Source: Paecilomyces variotii
Taxonomy: Eukaryota
NCBI GenBank assembly: GCA_004022145.1
Contig: RCNU01000004.1
Strand: one strand, 5' to 3'
Length of the DNA stretch: 64,000 bases
A program made the position numbers and the translations under genes. Shown one piece after another: positions 56,015 to 64,000 of the stretch. Each line of letters begins with the position of its first letter. Positions within the stretch are counted from its first letter, which is position 1. The notes below the pieces were generated by a model. The model was not told where the DNA came from and made no database searches. It worked only from the letters and a program-made list of their open reading frames with translations.

Positions 56015-58047
56015 TTAGTAACCGCCCTGCATGCTGGTGCGCTGAGCACCGCGGTAGGTTCTGCTGTCAATGCCGCCCGCTTCTCCAGTAGAGAAGGCTC
56101 CTGGTGTGCTGAGGTTGATGCTGGAGCGTGCTCCGGCCTTCATGTTTCCGAGACCGTCTTTGGTGATGCCAATGCCACCATATGTGCTGCTCCGTGGTCG
56201 TCGTGTGCTAGGGTAGACGATCTCGACATCATCGCTGCGCGGGATTGGTGGTAGGGCATGGGAAGGGTTGAAGCGTGGTGCGCGAGGCGACTGGTGATAG
56301 CTGTGAAGATTGGGATTATATCGTCTTGGGTCCTGTTGATAGTGATATCGGTGGCTTTGCGTGTGGTGAGGCACCTGAGAGCGTTCAAACTGGTAGTTTT
56401 TGCTAATACGTCTTGTGTTCTGGCGGCGAGGTCTCTCTGATTCTGCTGGTTGAGGACGGGGCTGGCTGGAATGGATCGGAGGAGGAGGGACATAGTTCGG
56501 ATGATGTGGGTGATGAATCGAACGGGGAATAGGAGCAATGTAGGAGGAGCGAGACTTTCGGACTGTCAACGGTTGCGGAGGCAGGACTGGTGGCGGATTT
56601 CCAGGGCTAGCAGTCATGGCTCGAGGCCTCGGAGGAGCAGGTGTTGCTTCAGAAGATTTCATGTCGTGATTCGTGCTTTTTGGAACGGCCTGCGAGCTGT
56701 TTGAAGGAGCTGCGACTGGGAGTGGCTCAGTGACGACCACTTTTGAAGTGTCGCTCTCACTAAACAAGGCCATCAAAGCCTGTTTGGCGAGGTCAGGAGA
56801 GGAGATAGCCTTAATCAGCGGATCCTCAGAGAGGGGCGTTGAGTTCGTTTGCCAGACATTGGGCAGGAATTTATTCTGCGAGGAAACTGACGATTCTTGT
56901 CGCACGTGCTGCTGCTTGTATCTTGGGGGAATTGCAGGGATCTCAGGAACGCCGGAGAGCTCTGCAATTGACGGGACCGTAACCACGGAGTCGTTTGGAT
57001 GGGCAGTCATGATAGTCCCAGTTCGAGACACCGCTGGGGCACGATTTTCTGTACTCCCTGCCCCCTCGTTTGTGGGTTGGTTGACGGGGGAGCCGTTCTG
57101 AGAGCTCTGGCTGGGGGAGGTAGACGATGCACGAACGATTTCTGGTCGAATAGAGCCCGGGTCGGTATTCAGTCTCAACTGCGGCTTTGGCCGGACTGGA
57201 GCCGGGTAGCGCACACTTGGAGGTCGAACAGGTTTTTCAGAGACACACTGCTTCCCGTTGGACCAATACAGCTCTCTATTACCCGGAGCTCCATCTGGAT
57301 GACGACAGAGGAAAAGGATTTCGCTCTTAAGGGTATCACTTTCCCAGCTGGATTCGGAGAAGATGCTTCCGTCTCGTGACGGTCTCTGGGGCGTATACAA
57401 CCCCAAAAGAGATGCATCATAGCGGCGCAAAGAAAGCTCAATTGAGCACAAAAGAGCCAGTGCTGTGATCCTGTAAAGATGCGTGAGTAAGCGGTTCCAT
57501 AAACTTGCGAGTAGTGCAGTAAGACATACAGAGCTAGAATAGCAACGATAACAGCCACGCGGTGGAGCACACAGCTAGTCCCGCTTCTCCAAAAGCTCCG
57601 AGTCAATTGACTAGCATCGCATGTTGGCTGTTTGGAAATGACGACCAAGCCCGTCACGGTAGTCGCCAGCCATATAACAACCATAAGCCGCGGTAGATGT
57701 GAACAGATTATATGGATTGGTGTCCTTGGGATAGCTGTTCCAGAAGATTTCTTATAATTCCACGCTATAAGCGTATGGAGAACAACAAATGGAACGGAGA
57801 AGAAAGACTGATCAGTCAGAATCATTAGCTTTCGCAATTTAGGAGTCTTATTTCGAAACCTTACCGCGATGAGCCCCAGTATCAAACTGGGTGTCATTGT
57901 TGAGTCAACATGCCTTGTGGCATAGAGCGTAATGACCAAGGCACACTCTACTAATGATAATAGGAGAATGAGGTATAAAGAAATGAATATGATCATGCGC
58001 GTCCAGGCTCTTCGACCCTTGGCCGGTGTTGACGTCCGGGCCGCCAT
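56015..58047 (-). CDS. Uncharacterised protein with four N-terminal TM helices and long Pro/Ser-rich tail
   Basis: Exons 58047-57865, 57807-57530 and 57470-56015 splice in frame; four hydrophobic segments followed by a disordered C-terminus. Confidence 0.8.
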
Positions 58048-61000
58048 TAGCTTGAATTTCCAGTGATTCCTGTTTTGCGTTCCAGCTGCTCGACAGGCTG
58101 TCTTAAACCACAAGGCATCAAGACAAAAATGAACAAATATATGGGAGCTTCGTCAAACGCACACGGCGGGCTTGATCACTAGTATATCCGTCAATAAGGA
58201 TGAATAAGAATTGCAATGATCATATCTGAGTAACCGTACTACAGGGTGAAAGGTAAAGGTGCTGTTCTCCTGAAGGGGGGCCGTGAGGCTAAAAAGCAAC
58301 ATGTAATTGATGCCAACACGCGTAAACGCGCATCTTGACAGACATGGATAGGGAGGCTGGAATGCCCACCCCTGTGTGGCGGGAACGAAGGGAAATACAA
58401 GAGGCCAATTGAAGCATGGCCGGGGGCAATTGTTGACAGCTTCAAGACCGATCATCCTGAGGAATGTTGTGATCAGAACGGAATGCTCTCCATGTGCAGG
58501 GGAGGCAGGGTGTCCCGTCACTTAGACGCGACAGCACCAGGAAGGGATAAGGTAGGCCCGCCACAACGTGGACCTGGACTATGATGAACCCAGAGCCGGA
58601 GATTTCTCGTTCCAATTACGCTCTTTCCTCTTGAATTCCTGTAAAATAAGCTGTGGTGCCTGCGCGAGACAGCACCGCGGGGCGTCGTAGATCGCCATCA
58701 CGCGAATTTCGTACTGAGTCCTGAGACAGTCCCAAGGAAATCCAGTTCTGGAAAGGCCTCAATAATGCGTCATGAACTGTGATATTTTTTTCTTGATACC
58801 GGCTATAGCAGCCTATAATATGGCGTGTTCTTCACATGGTGACGAGAAGTCTCGGCTTTGTCTCTAAATTTCCATCAAGGGATGAAGTCAGTTTGTATAC
58901 ACGTGACGAAGCAGAAGGTCAGTATCCTAAAGAGGAAATTATGGCCTGAGGCTGCTATATTTGTCTTATGTCATCAGTAAAAACGAGTCTAGATCATCTG
59001 CAACCACGTTCGTTCTTCATCCTATCTATCCCTTCTGTCTCACTCTGACGTCCGAAGTAATAAGACAGGAATGCAATAATAGGACTTATTCGGATACTGT
59101 CTACACTGCAGTATGATAGAATCTGCATTCACTTTCTAGAACTGTCTTGCGTGAAATTGCACCCTCATGCCTCATCTGACGGACATGGCAGATAACTAGC
59201 GCCTTACTTATAGATACCTATAAGAGCTCGTCACCAAGGGATTGAAGAAGGGATAGATGCTTTACTGCCCATTACTCGGTGATTGATTCTGTATTCGAGT
59301 ATTTGATATATTGGATTGCACCGCGAGAACAGCGGGGCTCGCACGAAAGCATCGGTACTGGAAACAGCAGTTTAGGTTCGGCAGTCAAATATCGCGTTCA
59401 ATGCCGTCAATTCTTTATGTAGAGTGCACACATGGCCTCTTTTCGGCTCGAGCTTCAGGGTGGAACACTGACCAGTCAGAGCATCCTAAGTAGTAATAAT
59501 CTTACTGGCATCTGAACTAGTTATACTACACCGCTCCTAGTTATCGATCCGTACCGGGAGCATAGAGCAGACCATGGTCGTGACTGTCCAGTCCACCGCA
59601 CAGATGCTCAGGCGGGGCATGCTCGATCAAGAATCTCCGCGGCTCAGCGTTCAAGTCAGATCAGCCTTGGCTTAACTTAGCGACTGGCGCCTAAAATAGA
59701 GTCTATTCGGCGGCTCTGCGATGCATTGATTAATATCGGAGGTTCCCCTGAGGTTTTCTCCGACCTTGCTCACCTGCTAACTGCAGCCTCTCGGAGCAAA
59801 TTTTTGCACCGGGCGGCCTGTCCCGCCAGGCAGTAGAGCCTTACCTCGAAGCGAGGAGAATGCCAAGAAACAGTCGACGGAGGTGTTCGGTTTCCGCTAC
59901 ACCCGGACTGTTGCAACCGTATTCCAGACTCTAGATTGTTGAAAGCCAGACTGATATGACGGCTATTCAGTCATTCATATTCATTACCATACTGTACATT
60001 TATGGAGCAGTAACCAGCCTGTATGGTAATTTTTTTTTTCGGCTTTATAATGACCGCAAGGGCTAAACAGCGTGAAGGCCGTTGTTATCCTTCCTTGGGC
60101 GTTATTGTTGTAACCAGGTTTTGGCCCCAGATCAAGTTGGTCGATTGACTGTGCACCAGATAGTGAAGCTAGACCGAACATGTGCTGGCTTGGTCGATAA
60201 AGTCTCTATGAAGCTTCCAGCCCCGAACTTTGCTGTCCTCTTCGCGAGTAGTAACAGTAATGAAGGCGCTCCGCTACTGCGGTCTCCCTCCGTGGCGCTT
60301 AATTTCTTAGCAGCAGAATTGGTCTTCGAAACGATTCCCATCTTTGGTGAAGATAGTCATTGAAAAGCCACAGCTTTTAGAGAGAGAATGCAAGTACGCC
60401 GTTATTCCTACTGTACGTCAGATAGATAACTATGCAGGGTCACCGGGATAGTCCCTCCAGCGTTATGAAAGGAAGCGCAAACCGGAACAAACAATACTGG
60501 TGATAGTGGCCGACGGGAGCTTTCTCATTATCGAATAAGCAGCCTAGATAGCCTTAGCGAGATGGCAGGTTGCTGGCCTGGACTTGTTGAGTAGGATCAA
60601 TATCTCTGTTTAGTCTAGGGCCGACGTGAAGTTGGATTGACTCGCTCACTTGACGTTCTGATTGGGGTGCCTGGCTGAGGCTGAAGTCCAAGCCCTAGCC
60701 ATGACCCCGCGCTATTCCCGATCGGGTCGATATCCGGCAACTCCGCGTGATCACAGCGCGCCGGCCCAAAGCTTGCTAGTTCGATAGGCTGGATAAACTC
60801 TGGTTCCTCTAAGAGCCTCAACCTCCACCGTCTACAACCATCCCACGGTACGCCACCGCTGCAGCCAGCCCTCATCATCTGGAATAATGGTTTGATGTGA
60901 CCTTGGACGATGCGTCTGTTCTTCGACTCGAGACTGTCTATCTATCTTCCGTCAGCGGACGTTGGCGTTGAGAGGTAGCAGTTCATTCCTCATCTGATTA

Positions 61001-61758
61001 TCCCACAATAATCTTTGATCTCAAGGAGAAACTTTCTGATACATATGACCTGAGGTCTCTGCATGCCAGGGTGGCGAGATCGATGGATAGTCTACCGGCC
61101 ATTCCTGAAGCGCGCTTTGTTTAATTTTCCTGCCAGCACGATGCAAAGCCCCGTTTGGTCGAGACACTGGCTTTTTTGGGAGCGCCGCTATGCTGCTCTG
61201 CCATACCTGGAATCGACAAATTCGTCCTCTTGCTATATCGGGGAACCAACCAGCAGACGCCAGATGATGTTGTGGATAGCGCTTCCAATGCATACGGCCG
61301 CCACCAGTCTCGCTCCAACTCTAATCGGAAACATCCGATGGAAAGACTGGAGCGACGTGCAAATCAAAACGACGAGATTAAGCCATGCATCATGACCTAG
61401 TCAACTCCGGATTCTGAACACCACTCCCGAGGCTACAGGCTTATTTTTTCGAATGGATTCTGGATAGTGATACCCCTTTCCCGTGCCAGGCACCAGCGGC
61501 AACGGCGTTCTTAGCTTATTATAATAATACTTCTACTGCCCATTATCTCTCCCATCTTTATACTTCCGTATCACCACACTCGTTGGGCATTCTGTCGTTT
61601 TAGTTCCACTGACAGTGGACTGCCAAAGCAGGCATTTGTCTGCGTCCTTTCTTTGACTGAAACGGGTTTACATTCCTTCTTCTGGCTCCGCCAGAGTATC
61701 CATTCTCTCAGCAGTCCAATTTGTGTATTTTGTGCCGTCCATTGTCATTCTCTCCATA

Positions 61759-64000
61759 ATGGTGTACACCAAGCCGCTTGCCGCCGTCGCCGCGGCATCA
61801 CTCTTTGCCCGTCTTGCAGTTGCTTTTGATGCTCAGTCAGAATCAAACGTTGTCGTTTATTATGTATGCAATGGATACCTCTATAGAGATAGCCGTCAGT
61901 GCTGATATCATTTACAGGGCCAAGGCTACAATCAACCACGTTTAAGCCAAATCTGCCAGGAGACGTCGTTGGACATTATCAACATCGGCTTCGTCAATGT
62001 CTTCCCTGATGTCGGTCAAGGCGGCTGGCCTGGGTCCAATTTCGGAAACCAGTGCAACGGGCAGACATATACTAATGCTGATGGTGAAGCGACTCAGCTG
62101 CTGTCCGGTTGTCAGCAGATTGCGGACGATATTCCCGTCTGTCAACAGGCTGGCAAGAAGGTCTTCATCTCTCTTGGAGGAGCTTATCCCGCAGACGGCC
62201 AAATCATCGATAATGATGACTCTGCGCGCGATTTCGCCGACTTCCTCTGGGGCGCTTTCGGTCCAGAGACGGACGCCTGGGTGGCGCAGAATGGGCCCCG
62301 TCCATTTGGTGATGCCGTGGTGGATGGTTTTGACTTTGATATCGAGCACAATGGACCCACTGGTATGCTCACACTCGATTGAACGATTGGGACTAGTTCT
62401 GACTCTTCTTGAACAGGATATGCCGCTCTGGCTCGGCGCCTACGTGACAACTTTAGCGAGTTCCCATCGAAGCAATTCTATCTCTCTGCTGCGCCGCAGT
62501 GCCTATCTCCCGATGCGCAGCTGTCTAATGCGATCCAGTTTGCCTCTTTCGATTTCATCTGGGTTCAATTCTACAACACTGATCCATGCTCTGCCCGTGC
62601 CTGGGTGGATGGGGATGTGACTTCCGACTTCACGTTTGACGCATGGATTGCCGCCATCAAGCTCGGGGGCAACCCATCTGCTAAGTTGTTTATTGGTCTC
62701 CCTGCCGATCCTACCCAAGCGTACTATGTTAGTCCAGATGAGGTTGAGACTCTGGTGGAGGAATACATGGGCAGATATCCCGAAAACTTCGGAGGAATCA
62801 TGATCTGGGAGGCGACAGCTTCCGACGAGAACCAAATCGACGGTCGCAGCTACGCAGCCAACATGAAGAGCGTCTTACTCAAATATGCTCCTCCTGTGGC
62901 GACTCCGACGCCCCCTGTCTCTTCTTCCGCCATTTCTTCTAGCAAGCCCACGCCTTCTGGCGCATCATCTGGACAGCTTACTTCCTCTGTCATTCCTTCC
63001 AGCAAGCCCACTCCTTCTGCGCAGTCTACTTTCTCTTCCATTGTTTCTGGCAAGCCTACTCCTTCTGGACAAGCTACTGCTTCCAGCAAGCCCACTCCCT
63101 CTAGCAAGCCTACTCCTTCTGGACAGGCTACTGCCTCTGGCAAGCCCACTCCCTCTGGACAGGCTACGCCCTCCAGCAAGCCTACTCCCTCCAGCAAGCC
63201 TACTCCCTCTGGCAAGCCTACTCCCTCTGGTCAGGCTACGCCCTCTAGCAAGCCTACTCCTTCTGGACAGGCTACTGCTTCCGGCAAGCCCACTCCGTCT
63301 GGTCAGGCTACGCCCTTTAGCAAGCCTACTCCCTCTGGCAAGCCTACTCCCTCCAGCAAGCCTACTCCCTCCGGCAAGCCTACTCCCTCTGGACAGGCTA
63401 CGCCCTCTAGTAAGCCTACTCCCTCTGGACAGGCTACTCCCTCCGGCAAGCCTACTCCCTCTGGACAGGCTACTATCTCTAGTAAGCCTAACCCCTCTGG
63501 ACAGTCTACTTCCTCTGCCATTCTTTCCGGCAAGCCTGCATCGTCCGGCAAGTCCACCCCCTCTGGACAAGCTACTCCTTCTGGAAAGCCTATTTCTTCT
63601 GGACAGGCCGTTTCTTCTGGCAAGCCTACTCCTTCTGGAAATCCTGCTTCCTCTGGTATTCCATATGGCAAGCCTACTCCTACTGGCACGCTCGTTTCTG
63701 GAAAGGCTACACCGTCTGGAAAGCCGGCTTCGACTGCCAGTATCATTTCGACCTCAAAATCAAGTTCGAGCGCCCCAGTCACTGTCTCTGGTCCTGCATT
63801 AAGCGTTGCGACCTCCGCAACACGCAGCAGCAGCGGAAGTGGCTTGTCGTTTTCTGGCTCAAGCTCGGTCGCTGCTCTTCCTTCGTTCTTCAGTGCTACT
63901 ATGTCCCACATCAGCCCGTCCGCCTCTGTCATCCGTTCCACAACTACCGGTCAGATGGATCCTTCTATAACCCCTAATGCTGGCGTCTCTTCTGCGGCAT
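61759..64000 (+). CDS. chiA: GH18 class III (subgroup B) chitinase with Ser/Thr/Pro stalk, ChiA-type; 3' end outside window
   Basis: Signal peptide, VVYYGQG, KKVFISLGGA, RPFGDAVVDGFDFDIE, SAAPQC, WVQFYN, FGGIMIWE. Introns 61864-61917 and 62363-62416. Confidence 0.9.
62941..63726 (+). repeat. 18-nt coding tandem repeat encoding [KQ][PA]TPS[GS] in the chitinase stalk
   Basis: Many units such as aagcctactccctctggc and caggctacgccctctagc across ~780 nt. Confidence 0.92.

Noticed and set aside
62850-63941. Leu-rich, Arg/Gly-rich and PEGVGL ORFs in the track
   Set aside because: Alternative-frame and antisense shadows of the 18-nt chitinase repeat.

Overview
Gene-dense, intron-containing chromosomal region of a filamentous ascomycete. 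Gene content and splice signals point to Eurotiales (Aspergillus/Paecilomyces-like); this is an inference. I reconstructed 21 protein-coding genes by hand, plus one tRNA-Gly(GCC). In order: DUF2439/Mte1-like (partial), BAR-SH3, an orphan disordered protein, an RtcA-like RNA cyclase, a hidden spliced 66-aa Cys4 microprotein, an inositol 5-phosphatase, an NCS1 permease head-to-head with a hydantoinase-DUF917 fusion, a PfkB kinase, hapX, ugo1, yah1, rrp15, srp54, a PhoD phosphatase, a P450, a GH18 ENGase-type enzyme, an SDR, a Con-10-like protein, a SnaD-like coiled-coil protein, a 4-TM orphan and a GH18 chiA-type chitinase (partial). The most notable item is the microprotein gene (14317-14593, minus strand). 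It is absent from the ORF track and sits in an 8.1-kb gap between two converging genes, with its own TATA box and an ATG-free leader. Also notable: a Con-10/KGG protein with a mitochondrial-presequence-like extension, three GC-AG introns, a uORF, leader intron and G-quadruplex candidate on hapX, and a tRNA-adjacent NCS1/hydantoinase-DUF917 catabolic module. No intact transposon, rRNA or CRISPR array was seen. All family calls come from motif recognition, not database searches.
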